The position numbers and the translations under genes are program-made. Shown in pieces: positions 22,701 to 36,148 of a stretch of DNA of 64,000 nucleotides. Source of the stretch: Phoronis australis (lineage: Eukaryota; Animalia; Phoronida); contig NMRA01000536.1 in NCBI GenBank assembly GCA_002633005.1, positions 1 to 64,000 of the forward strand, written 5' to 3'. Position 1 is the first letter of the stretch. Each line of letters begins with the position of its first letter. A model generated the notes under the pieces. That model was given only the letters and a program-made list of their open reading frames with translations, did no database searches and had not been told where the DNA came from.

Positions 22701-23194
22701 TGACATGGCTGTCATGGCACACATTACCAGAGACCACATGTATGCTTTCCAACAAACTTTGCAATGACTCACTATCTAGAACACAGTGGAGGCAAAAGTA
22801 CAGTTACAATTTAACCTTTGCATGTTTTCATGTGCAGCATCCAAATATGGCATACTACCGTTATCAACACATTTCTGCAATTACAGAAAAGCAACTGCGC
22901 ATTGTCCTCGGACGAAAACCAAACTTTTTTCAAGATAATAGAAACTTGAAGTTTTTGAAGAAATCAATACTACAATTTTGAAAAAAAAACAGTTAAATTA
23001 ATGAGTACCTTTAGTTTGTATGTCGCTAGGTGAAGGCATCTCCTGGTCATCTATTTCCACACTGCTTTCCTCCGCCATATCGCTGGCCGTTTTACTGTCA
23101 TCATGGCAACCATTGGTGCCACCATTTTGGCACATGGTAGAAGTCTCAAGAGGGGTGCAACACGACTCTTTCACTCCATCAACTCCCGACTCGG
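16646..23194 (-). CDS. zfh1: ZEB/Zfh1 zinc-finger E-box-binding homeobox transcription factor, 5'-partial: join(23194-23009,21723-21562,21064-18966,18513-18321,17378-17244,16740-16646)
   Basis: All introns are GT-AG with compatible phases. Encodes 5 N-cluster fingers, 1 central finger, a homeodomain, PLDLS and 3 C-cluster fingers ending [21 protein letters not shown], diagnostic of ZEB/zfh1. Confidence 0.95.
16738..17062. repeat. Degenerate ~33-35 bp minisatellite (~9-10 units) in the last ZEB intron
   Basis: Consensus approximately aaatctgcagatagaattcatattgctttaatgac; the first unit overlaps the splice acceptor at 16741. Confidence 0.85.
17244..17378 (-). CDS. zfh1: ZEB/zfh1 exon, C-terminal fingers (absent from the ORF track)
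   Basis: [44 protein letters not shown]; ctgcag acceptor and GTCAGT donor. Confidence 0.95.
18321..18513 (-). CDS. zfh1: ZEB/zfh1 exon, first finger of the C-terminal cluster
   Basis: [27 protein letters not shown]; ctgttag acceptor and GTAAGT donor. Confidence 0.95.
18966..21064 (-). CDS. zfh1: ZEB/zfh1 large exon: N-terminal zinc-finger cluster, central finger, homeodomain (~19630-19809), CtBP motif PLDLS (19365-19379)
   Basis: 711-aa ORF with [46 protein letters not shown] and [17 protein letters not shown]; tttcag acceptor and cag|gtaat donor. Confidence 0.97.
21562..21723 (-). CDS. zfh1: ZEB/zfh1 exon (162 bp, phase 1-1)
   Basis: Encodes [17 protein letters not shown], matching the ZEB-conserved DTAVIYPE motif; cattag acceptor and GTCAGT donor. 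Confidence 0.9.
23009..23194 (-). CDS. zfh1: ZEB/zfh1 exon (186 bp, phase 1-1), acidic N-terminal region
   Basis: ttattgcag acceptor and GT donor; open frame [10 protein letters not shown]...SPSDIQTK, in phase with the next exon. Confidence 0.7.
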
Positions 23195-23490
23195 CTGCAA
23201 TAAGTCAATATATTTCATGTCAGTTACACACTTCAGTCATTTTATCACGAAGGCACACATCAGCACGAAGCTGAATTGAAATAAATGAATCAGTTAAGGG
23301 TGTAGTTGCACCTCCACTCGTATCAAAATACCAAAGAATAAGGCCATAAGACAGTGGCAACCAATATGTGTCTATAGCAGACATACTGCAACACTTACAA
23401 TACCAATGAACTTAGTTGGGTGAAATTCCATGTTTCAAAAAGAATTGCCGAGTTTGAAATTGACGCAGTTCACTTTCTCAGAATTCTACG

Positions 23491-23550
23491 AGATGACCAC
23501 GCAATAGATGACCACGCAATAGATGACCACGCAATAGATGACCACGCAAT
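23491..23550. repeat. Perfect 15-bp tandem repeat x4 (AGATGACCACGCAAT)
   Basis: Read directly from the sequence. Confidence 0.97.
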
Positions 23551-26500
23551 AAATCCCTAAGAGTGAAGGATATCCGTCTTTCTACTTAATGCCACCTCCT
23601 CTAGTTAAGAGTAACAAAAGTCAAAGACCAGACACAAGTAAACAACGCGCACCGATATATCGCTGATCAGAGCCTAATTAAACCTGGATGACCACAGCAT
23701 TCTGCTTAATTGGGGAAAAGTTAAACCAGGTGTAGTGTTAAGTCTAATTACACTGCCTCCAGCACACCTTAATAGCATCACAAACCTGGCATACCTTTCT
23801 GCTCGAGTGCCGCACCTGACAGGTACAACGATTACCTGGGAACTAGTTAAATACCTAACAGACCTGGCGAGTGACTGACGGATTCCATTAACAAAAACAA
23901 CATGGAAGTTGATCACATCGGTATGCAAAGCCCAAACATAACAATTACCAGCAAGGGACAACTGGTTAATAGAGTCAATCCTAACTTAAAACACCAGCTT
24001 TGTTTTAATAAAGAATTACTACACATTACAAGAAATCAATTCGTCATTTCAGAGTATAATACAAGCTACTGCAAATTCTCCATTTGTTTCGCACAGAAAT
24101 AATTGTCAAAACTGTCATTTTCCATTTTTCAAAGGCAAATAACTATGCTCCAAATAACGGAAACTTTTCTAAGTGTTGTTTTATGGCATCCACAAAGCAC
24201 CCATGCTCAAGAATAAGCAATTTTTTATTAATTTTTATTTTAGTGGAGGAATTGGACAATAATAGAATTTCAGTAATGTTGGCCATACTGTGTGTCGGTA
24301 TATAAGCAAAGAATTACAATACGAAATTTTGACACCAGTAATGACAGTAAAAGAATCGGCAAATCATCAATGAACACAAAAGTTGCCATCAAACTTAAAC
24401 ACAAGTTTCCTCAAATTGATAACCTTTAAATTACTTTTTGTTCTGATCCTTTTCAACAAAAAAAACACAAACAAAAACACATAGCGTGCTGTTGCTGTAC
24501 AAAGATCTAAATCTAAAACTGGAATCAATTTCCTTACAGCGAGGCGATTATGCAGAAAGTGCATATAAAACGTTCACAGACAGGGGTACATCTGCTGCCT
24601 GTTTTACAGCACAGCTCACCATTAAGCAGTCCACTGGCACAGGTGAACTGGGTACATTAAAGGTGTTCTTTTAATGTGGTGCCAGCTACCATCTGGTGCG
24701 AGTTACGGGCAAGGTTGGTGAGTTAACAAGGGTCAGCTGCTATGTCATTATAACTGTGACAAACACAGCCCTGGGAGAAAACTAGCCTCCTTTCATAATA
24801 CAGTAAAGTTCTTGACAATATTGACTTCCTTATTTGGAAAAATCATGTTTGCAGACTGTAACATAGATGCTGTTACTTTACATCTTACATAGTACCTAAC
24901 GGTTCACCACACAAGAGTGTTGAGAAGGAACGTATAGTTTCTTTCACATTAAAATGGTTGTCATGTATTCGTAAAACAGTAAAACACCATGTGTTTGTTG
25001 TTCTGCTTTTGCTGACTGCAGGCATTGTATTATTTTAAGTAACAGTATGATATGTTGTGTACAGACAATATGTAAGGTAACTTTTTCACGAGCTACAGTA
25101 CATCACACCAAGTATTGGGAAAAACCTGGTCCAACCATGAGAAAGCCAAGGTTCCAGAGAAGGGTTACCAGAATCGTAAACACCTGTGTTCACTACCTGA
25201 TGAAAGCCAAGGGCAATTTCTTTTGTACATTAGTTTGTATGGGAAGCCATGAAATTTGCATAATATGGACTTTTAGACTAGACTGCATAAAACTTAAGAA
25301 AATATCCAGACGACAAATTTGATTGATGTTTTGAATCAGAAACGAGATGTGCAACGAAATAGAACATGACATGTGAAGTCATTGTTTTATCCAACGTAAC
25401 CACCCGGTCCTGTGTTTACCGTTAATATCAAAAATGATTTGAAGCAAATATTTGCTTCGGAATCGTTTTGATATTATAGATATGACCAAAACCACCTCAG
25501 TAAAATACTAGCAACGTCTCTTAGAAAGCCACAGTTGACATCTTAAACTGAGCAAAGGTAATTTGACTAAAGTTTTTCACAGTAGAAACACGCTCCTTTA
25601 TAGCCAACACCAGCCTCCACTCAAACCACTACCAGTGATGGCCAAACAAAGATAGCTACAGCCAGGTTCTCACAACAGAACCATTTTCTCTCAAAAGATG
25701 TCTCTACATGTTGAAATAACACTAACAAAGTCAACTAATCAACTAACAGGAGATAACACCTAGGTATCTGAATCAAAACTATGCCAACTGTTACTTTAAC
25801 CACTTAAAAATGATAATCTGATGCTCAAAACTACAAAAACCAGTAAGTTTCACAACACTCTCATATTTCAATAACACATGACAAATGTCTGCAGCAAACA
25901 CTAACCATGTGACATGTGTCTTCAGACTTCCAACTCAGACAGCTATAATTTGTCAAAACAGTTTGAGAAAATGTCTTGGGTGAATCACAGCACACAGGTA
26001 TAATAGGAAATACCTGGCTGACATGGCACCACGCATGTTACTTGCCCTTTCACCGATTGGCTAACAGCAAAAGCACAAGGGTAACTGGTAGCACATGTCA
26101 CCTGACTCTTGACAGCAACCTTCAAGGTACCCTTGAAGAGTTGAATCATGTGGTAAAGTCATTTGCTGACTGTGTTTACAGGAAAAATTCCAGGTTGGCT
26201 TATTAAACTGAGCCTAGACAAGGTACCTAAGTCTCAACAAAGGTTTGCAGAGGGCATTGAGCAAGGGACAGGGTCTGGTTCGGCAAAGGGTTACACTCCT
26301 TAAATGGTATGACAAGAATGGTTTCTTCATGAGCAAACACATCATGACAACAAATAGTACGTTGTCATGTTACTGTCTTGGTGCGTAGACATTTACCCTG
26401 TAAGGTGATAATTCTTCCATTTGGCAAAAAATAATGGCCATTTTTCTATTTTCAGAGGCTTCCTGCACTGTTACAAATGCTTAATATTTTACCAAATGTA

Positions 26501-29500
26501 TCACACAGACCATGCTAACAGCAAAGTATAATTTTCTTGAAAATTATTTTTGTTGAAAAATGGGATACCTGTCCACCAAATTGTGTCCCGAATGGAAGAA
26601 TTTTTGTCGTAATTGAATTTCTCGAGAAAATCATTGCGGCTTCCACTAAATTTCATGATGAGAATGTTATATTGGATCTTTGGTCAGTTATGGACAGATA
26701 ATTTGAAAAATGTCGGCCTCAGTTCTATGAATGACCCAAGTCTATGTAAGATCAAGGTTGGTTTTCATGAATTGCAGTTTTCGCGATACATTAAAAATTA
26801 CCTATTAGCAAGCTTTTGCGTTTACAAAGAATGCCCTTATCTAGTAAAAAAATCAAAAATTTTACCTTTTCATGTCTAGTTTTGCAATCCTATAATGAAC
26901 AGACTACACTAAATCAATAAGGAATTTTGCTTACCCTTGGGAGAGTCGGCCCATGAATTGTTTTTATTATTCTTTCCACAAAGTCACAGGGTTAATGCTG
27001 CAGTTAAGGCCAAAACCTTTGCAAGAGGTATTTACTGTGAAAACATCAAGACATAATTTTTGTGTAAATTGAGCTTATCAGCTCCCAAAGCATCAGAAAA
27101 CTGTGAGTGGAGGTCGCCCATAAATCCATGGAATGGCAGAACACACCAGACTACAGAAAAAACACCAATTAAACAATAGGGTTTTAATATGCAACCAATA
27201 TTTTATACAGTAAGATACTGATCCAGGCTAAAAATGTTGACAATATGTAAGTTTACCCGATGGTTTGTCATCTAGTACAAAATTCCAACTACATTTAATT
27301 TACCCACTTAGTCCGTGACAAAAACAAAATATTCTATTTCACTTTCATCTTAAACAAAATTGTTGAAACTCGCTAATGGAATAAAAGAAAACACATTTAC
27401 GGACTAATAACAGAAATAATAATAAATTAAAATTCATGGAAATCTGCAGTGCAGGTGTGAATTATAACAAAAATCTAGTTTTAAAAGAACACTGGCCAAC
27501 AGGTGTTAATGTATTGTAAAGTCATTGAACAGTAGCTGACCCGAATGGCAACCAGGTCATTAGTTTTTGTTTCTGCACTATGAAATCCCACCAATGGCAT
27601 GCTATGTCACCAGTTCCTGACAAGGATATTAACCGACCTCATACCTTTACAACATGGAACAATTTACTCCAAGAGAACTGCTGGTAAACTTCACAATACA
27701 TGATTTCGCGAAAACAAAAGAACAGTCTAATGAAAGTGATATAAACAAAATAAAAATGAACTCTAATAAACACCAACATCTCTACATGGAAAAGATGAGC
27801 AACTGCCAGGTGCATACTTCTTCATGAGCGATGGAAAGATTCAAGCTGACTGCTAGAACCATTGGAAGAGTGAATTTCATACAATGTGGGAACAAGCGAC
27901 AACTTTGAAGAGGAAAACAGCCCTATTCTGATGTCACCTTTAGTAAAAGTACAGATCCTTGGTAATCTGGAAATACATCTTTCTGTATTTAAGCATTAAC
28001 TGTTCCACTCTTAGAGACATAAACAGACCTTAGCTAATTTTTTCACTTGTCAGTGTTTTGGCCAGCTCTTCACTAGTGTTTACTCTCATTTAAAGCCATC
28101 AGTGTCCAATGACATGGAATTCAAGACCATTCCACATCAGATCACCCTGTTAGCTATGTTTAGTGTGTGGCCTGCCATTGTTTGTCTTGGATCCACTGCT
28201 CAAGAATTTGTTTACAAAACCAATGTCTCCAAACCTTTGAAGACATTAGGATGTCATCTACAAACACAACAGAACATTCTTTTTGAAACAAGAGAGAGGG
28301 GAGGTGGTGATTCACAAGTCTCAGAAGTAAATTTCTTTGCAACACCTAAAGATGACATTAGCACATCTTATCAAATAAGGAATTATCGCAGTAATTCTCT
28401 GAACAAAAATTATGGTCAAATTGGCACTTTTTCATTTTACAAGAACACATGTCAGTCTGAAAACATGATGGAAGCTATGGTGATTACATGATGATCCAGC
28501 CTTTACTTGATACTACCATATTTACTGACAAACCTGAAAACAGAATTTCACTTGAATCACCTTATTGGCGATACTTTACAGGATTTCCTTTCAGCATTTA
28601 AAGATAATAGTTTTCTTCTCGTTATTCATAAAGTTCTGCCAGTTATTATGATTTTTATGCCTTTAAAATCATTCATATTTCTGGAAATATCCAAATAATA
28701 CTAAAATCGCTTTAACAACTGCTTCTTACACAAACCTGCTAAAACGCATTTTCTACAGGACTACAACACTATGGCATTTTCACCACCAATGACAATGGCA
28801 TGACCACAAACTGAACCACTTGACAACAGTGCTGGCCTTGGGTAGATCCATCAGAAATTTCATACCTATGTTGGACAAGCTGTACATTGAGTTAAGCTCA
28901 GACAAAGCACAGCCAACAACCACTTGCTGGCCTAGGGGTAAAACAATCAAACCACCTCATTCAAGACTAATTAATAAGATATTTTTGTTTATGCAGAATG
29001 CCACTACTGTTTATGTGTTCATCCCAGACAAGGGCGAGAATAACCTTGTTAACCCTCCAAAGGTGTCCATCAGGTTTGGCACCACCATCAACCATTTTGT
29101 GGAACTCTAGTGTTCTCACTTCTTGTTGAACATTTGTGGTTTCGTTTTTTCAATGGTGGACCTGACCTGCCAAAACCATATGAAAGGATTTGTCAAAACA
29201 TTGACAGTGTTGGACCTGTTCAACAAGTCTGATTAGCTTTTTAGGGATCAGTAAACAATGCGACTTTGATTTCAAAACACTGGCATGGGGTTTTAAAGTA
29301 CTAGAAAAGCCACTTCAGAATTCTTGTTGTATTCTCTGGCAGTTGGTGCCAAATACGAAACATAAGTACCCGGTAAGCTGAAAATTACAAGAGGCAGTTT
29401 CACATTTGAACATGCTACATTTTTATTTTAAATCCATTGATGAACACCATTTTTATAAAAAATAGCAAATAGCCAAATGTAAAATGACTCACAATAATTA

Positions 29501-32500
29501 GTTGACAATACGTTTGTTTTAGCCATTCACTACTTCTCTGTGACAGGTAAAACACAAAGAGGCCAAACTGACCCACGTTAAAGGTCTTTGAAAAATGAAA
29601 AAAGAACGATTTTGGTCAGATTTTTACTGTAATGGCGACCAATTGGACTGTGTCTGAGGCACGTGTTCCGACTCCACTTTTCGAGCAAAACTTAATGCAA
29701 GACACAGCAATTGAAACAGTTGATTCCTGATTTTGCTCCAATTTTTGTTTGACTTTTAAACAAAGTGCTGTTTTCACACTCCGATATTCACTGGTACGAT
29801 GTTAATGCAAAGTTACATAGGAAATATCACAGCAATGTGAAGACTGGCATTAGGAATATAAGGAATACAAAAAATTGAGTCAAGCTGACCTTAATAATGA
29901 TAAAGACATGATGTCATGCCAAAACTATAATATGGTAGAGTGCATAGCAACTTCAAGGAACAGGTAACTGGAGTCTTGCTTATGGGTGAAACTCCTAATC
30001 GTAAACAAAGCCATATTCTGTTTCTTCAAAGGTGTCATAAAACTTATGCAGGAGCTGTAAAAATGCATTAACGATGGTTCAAGTAAAAAACATATTGCAG
30101 GCAAAACACAACATGTACAAAAATGATACAATAACTTGGCAAATTGTTTGGTGCAATCAAAATTCATATACCGGTAATACAAATTATTATTGTGAATCAC
30201 CAGAAAAATCAGAAAACTATCACATGACAAAATTCAGACAGATTTTCAATACAAGAATTTCTTCAAATCATTTCACCCAAAATCAAGAACTGCATAAAGG
30301 CAAACAATTTCTGTAAAATCATAGATTTGGTGCCACTGACTTGCTGAGAACCTAAAACATCAGTAGTTGTCTCCACCAACAGATTACCTAGAAGATCAAT
30401 AGGTGTCGCTGCTGTCGCAGTCACCACCACAATTCCTTCACAGATGCAGAACAGATGTGGCTGTTATCAAATCACCCATTTGTAATGAGTGGATAGGTAG
30501 ACAACATCTCTCACAAATACCCTTGAGGGGTGACAGGGAACCAGAACACAGTTCACTCTTCATTCCAGACTTCATGAGAGTTAGTGGATAGGGTTGATCT
30601 GTGAACACGCCACCTGGGGCCTGTCTCATACAAAGTGACACAAATTTGGTCCTCTGCTCCCCCTCACCCAGTTGCTGAAAACAGGTTTAGCTTGCTATAT
30701 TATGAACTCATAGCAGACTATAAATAATTTCTAGAAATTATCTCAGTAAATAGCAGTTGCATATCAATTCTCAAAGAGTTTGCACTTTTATTCAAGTGAA
30801 ATTTAATATTTTTCAGAAACGGTTTCGTGGAGCGCAAGACCAAATTTCTGTCTTAAGTCTAAAGTCATTTTTCATGAACAGGCCACCAGAACTTGCAGTT
30901 AATAGGAATGTATGCCTAACACAACGCCCATTCCCGTCAGGTAGAACAAAGCTGGGATTGACAAAAGGGAACATCAGACAATTATCCAACTAAAAGACCA
31001 CACATGTACTCAAATGAGAAACAAGCATTCAGGTGTGATTTTGACATCAAAATGGCTGCCATGTCTAAAATCATGAACCTGATCACGACGAAAAAACGGC
31101 TTCGAGCTTTTTACGAGCCATGTGTGGAGTGAAAATAATACAGTAGTCATAGGCTAAATGTGACCTGTAGTGTGCGAACAAAAAACTAATGAATGATTAA
31201 GAAATATGGCTTTAACCAAATACATAACATAACCATAAATTTTTTGTCACTTCTGGGGAAAATGGAGGGAGTAAGGCTTTTTGAGACGAAGCAGAGTTCA
31301 GTAACAGGAAACAGTCACAGATGTGCCATCCAAACAGTTTTGCTGATGCAGGTTCACCAGATAAAAGCACTCGAGGTCAGGTAATCTGTGGGCAGAAACA
31401 CTTTCTACAAGATTGTTCCCGTGGCAACAATCAGAGCCTCCCAACAAGGTGTCTTGGAAGTTGAGTGCCCAGGACCAACCTCGGTGATTAATCGAGAGAC
31501 AACACGCAAAAACTTTGAAGTGTTTGTCTTAGTAACAGTGTGAACTTGGGAACCCGGCTTGTTTCCATTTTAATCACCCTGTTGCGAAAACAATCAGGCT
31601 CAAACTGTTGGGAATTTTGCAAAACTTTAAATTCATCCTGAGTGATTTGAAATGCCTGAAACTTACATTAGTGCATGAAACCAAAAATTACATTATCAGA
31701 TGTTTAGAAAAAAATGAGAAAAAAATCAATTGATGCATTTTCCGTTTTTCAAATCTAAATTTCCCCTGTAATGATATTATTAGAGCCCAGCTGGACCAGC
31801 CAATGTACAGAATCCAACTAATAAAGGTAAGGTTCACACCAGAACAAGACTCCTTACTTGAAAAACAGAAATTATCAATTATCTGGACAACCTCCAACAG
31901 GCTTGGGACTAATCCAAACAAGGCTCTGCAGTCTGAGATAATACAAGAGGCTTTCACTTCAGCCAAGTGAAAGGAATTTATTGTTTTAAACACTACCTTT
32001 ATGAAAACATTCAGGTTCTCCTATAAACAATTATGAAGCTAGACCATTCATCGTCTGGGGCCACATTCCTTACCTAAATTAACGGAAACATGAAAAAGAA
32101 CACTCCAAAAAGAACAACTGCTATTATACAGCATCCGGGCATCACGTAATTAAACCCATGACAGGACACTGTATACAGCAGGACAGTCATACAACCACCT
32201 TCCAGGCCTGGTAACTCAATCCCTCAATGGCCAAAGCACTCAGTTAGATAACCCAGGAACAGCCAGTCCTATTAAACACAGGAGTCTGTCTACACCTTAA
32301 TGTGGCATGTAATTGCAAAACCTGACCCTCCTTCCTGAAATCACCAAAGACAGCATCAACAACACATGACTGCCACCTAGCAGCAAGGGGTGTGACTGCA
32401 TCACCACCTTCACCAGTGCATCACAAGGTTAACACATGATCAGCTGCTGACCACGTTTAGAAATCCAACAGGTTGTTGGAACCAGCAAGAATTGTAGACG

Positions 32501-35500
32501 TGTACTGAATGGCCAAATACATTTGGAAACGTAGAATAATTAAGACATTTACAGAAATTCAGACTGTATGTGAACGACGTTTGTGAAACTGAATTTCTCA
32601 CGGAAACACGAGGATGAGATTTTCAATTTAAAGCCACTATAAACCTGCATTCTGACAAAGAAGTGGACTATTGATTTAGACTTATTACCACAATAAAATT
32701 CGTCTCAACTTGTTCCTACCTGAGGTAAGAAAAAATTTCTGGGCTTATCATCTCTAAGACTAGATGCTTGTAAAATGACAGTCAGTCAACAGGGCAACTT
32801 CAGGTGTTATGGGAAGATTCCCATGGCAGCTGTATGGGGAGATGAGATGACAATGAGTTCAGGCAGTTATTACCAGCAGGCTGTAAGCAAAGCACAACTC
32901 TATTCTGCACAAAATGACAACTTGACACGCTTTGACAAAAATGAGAAACTGTAAAGTCTGTCATATAATCTCCAAAAATGCTCTCTACCGTCCCTACTAA
33001 ACTCCGCATAATTAGGAAACCTCTTTTTATTTCAATAAATTAACCACATTTAGTCACTTTTCACCCAAAATCCTACCAAAAGTGGGCTGATGACACGAAA
33101 TATTACTAAGGACTATTATCCGGTGAGTTTTATGCAATTGTTTAGTTAGGATATGAATATTTCACTTAAAGAAAGATTTAACTAAAGTTCAGAAACTGAT
33201 TTGACACATGGAAATACAGGACTAGAGGCCAGTAGTCAAGGTTGGCTAAAATCCAATCAAGCTGCCAACAGGTAACCTCAACAGGTGTGATATTATCAGA
33301 TAAACCAGATGATTGACTAGCTCAACTTTCACTACCTTATCAATGCAGTAATTGCTTGTTTTCTATCCTTAAAGCACAGGTACCTCTTCCCCATGTATTA
33401 TGTAATAGTCTAGACCCCAGGTAATAAATACTGCAAGCCATGCACAAGGTGAGAATTGCCTATTATGACACATTAGGTTCAACACTATTCACAATTGCTA
33501 GGTAAACACAGATAATGGTTTTCCAATAGCCAATGCTCAAGTGGAAGTGATTACCTACACAATGACTAAGTACACAGATAACAGGTAGTAGTAGTGGGGT
33601 AGGAACACATGTTGAACAAACACTTATGTGTACATACATGTGCACAAGTTTGTATCTGCTATACCTACATGAAAATAACAAAATAAACGTAACAAACAGC
33701 AACAAACACAGAATAACGGAGAGGAACTAAAATGCCTAAGTAAAATCTCTCTAATTTAGGGCATAGAATGGCTGACATCTGAAATTTTGTTTTATGATTT
33801 TTGATGCTTTACTGTGTTCAAGTATTGTATGGCATCTACTAAAACACAAAATTTTGAAAACTTCTCCATACTGACAGCAATGTAATACCTTGGAGAATGT
33901 CAAAAGGGCCATTTTGGCAATTATTTGTGTCTGAAATAGGCGAGATTTTACCCTAATCTCAGTAGCTGCAGGAGAAAACAAATGGTGAAAAGTAGATCAC
34001 AGATTTTCCAGTTACAATTTACATAGAACACAGAATTGCAGGAATTGTCCACTAATACCCGATTCAAACTTGCCCTGCAAGTTGGTTTCAGTGCTCTTAG
34101 AATGTGACCACGCACGTATTGCTTAATGAGTGGTGTGTATAGTGCACGAGTAAAATCTCCTTCAAACTATATTTTTGTAGAGTCCAAATTTCTATTATTA
34201 TCATACTGTACTCTAATTTGAAGACTTTTGCCTGGATCTAGAATAACAATAAACAAGGTTCACTCCTTTTGTCATCAACCATTAACCAAGCAAAACTAAA
34301 AACCTAGCATGTAAATGGATTAATTGAAACAGCCCTGTATTTTTATACCCAATGTGTTTGTAACATAGACACAAACTGAAAAATAGAAAATAACAAAAAT
34401 TGTATAATAATATAAAGATCTAAGTCGTCATTAACATGATCCATTAAAACATGCCGACATGAACAATTTTCAAAATCGAGAAGTCTGATCTACAGCCAAA
34501 CGTACACAATTCCATAATCCAAGTTGTCTAGGCCAGCAAACAGACAGCAGTAGCTTGCCATTAATTAGAGACCCAACAATGACAGATTACATATCTGGCA
34601 TGCTTCATTTAATTTTGATTGGTTTATTATCCAAGGTAATCGCCAGGTAATCACACACAAACTACATAATTACGCATCAGCGGCAGGCACTTCTAGAATT
34701 TCATACATGCATTCAATGACTGGTAAGACAATGCATTGATTGTCTCAAACATTTCCTCTTTTCTGATTTAAGTCTGTACTCTTAGGAGCACTTTCGCTGA
34801 AAAATACTTTAGCATACGAGGCATATGAAAAAACACAAGCATTTCAATGACAACAATAATTTATAATAATCGTTCGATTCTAAATTCAAATAAGATTTTT
34901 ACCTTAGAGTAGCCTTCTAGAGAACCATCGCGAAAAACAATTTTTGTAAATTTGAAAGGTTTTAAAATAAAAATGGACACAAAAGTCAAGCAATATTTCA
35001 CCCCCCTCTAGTCTAACCATATCATTCAGCACTGCAAGCCCGTGTTTTTCAGAACAAAATCATTACCCATCCATCTGTGTGCGCAAGGAATATCTGACAC
35101 TTAAAAACTATCATTACACCCACAAAGGTGATATCACAGCAAAATTTCCCTCAGATTTCTTCTAAATTCCAATAATCCCAAGTCTAATTGCAAAGCAAAG
35201 TCCTTCTCGTTTATCATAATCAAACTGACATTTGCTGGAGTGACGCTCAAGGATGTGCAGTTGAAGCACCTTTTCCTTTTACTGTCTGATTGGCTGACAG
35301 GAGAAGAGGTGGTGCATTGCCATTGGCTCCCTGTAGTCCTTGAGGTGGAGAGTGCTGTCAATGACTCACCTCTCTCTTGGAAGCAGAGGATCACTGAACA
35401 ACCAGTTCAAGTTCAACGATAAATGCAAAATGAAAACTCTTTGAATAGTAACAACTAAAATCATCTAATTTGCCTTCTTTTAAGAATTGGTCAAAAAGGT

Positions 35501-36103
35501 ATAAAACATGGTGACTAAATTGCGCCAAGTTTCTAGAATTGATTGCACCTACAGGCGGTCAATGCTCGTTTTTATTCAAAGCAGCATTTGTTTTCAACTC
35601 AATGTTTCAACGTGAAGAACTGCTAATAAAGCTGGTCTATCAAACTGGACTGAAAAACAATTCCAGAACATCCTCGGTTGTAAATAACAGATAACCTGCC
35701 ACTGAATCACACCTGTCATACTTTGCAAGGGTGTGCAGTGGTGGAATGAGGATTCATTATAGTTTTGGGGGTGGCACACTTTGAGAGCCAACCATGAGCA
35801 TATATAGTACATTTTCCGAAATTTGAACAAAAGCATTGGAAAAAATTGTAATTTTTCTGCACTTTAAAAGTATGCTACAACTTCATTGTGTGTTTATTGA
35901 TAACACTGAGTTGTACTGCATAAACTGTGCAAATAATAGTTTTTTGCCTGCTTATGTTCTTTGCAAAATTTTGGTAAAACAATTTTCACTATTCCGAAAT
36001 ATTGTGAAGAAATAAAGTCATTTTCAACAGAAGATACAATTTGGGCGACGAGAAAGGTAAAGTAAAAGAAAAGTCGACAATTCAAAAACACATTCATACT
36101 TAC

Positions 36104-36148
36104 CTAAAGACGCCTTCCGCTTTTTTCTACACAGGAAAATATTCGTTG
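36104..36148 (-). CDS. Candidate 45-nt upstream exon of ZEB/zfh1 (xTNIFLCRKKRKASL)
   Basis: ttgtttttgtcag acceptor, AG|GTAAGT donor, phase 1-1 and open in the ZEB frame; no homology support. Confidence 0.35.
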   Translation of the reverse strand, partial: QRIFSCVEKSGRRL

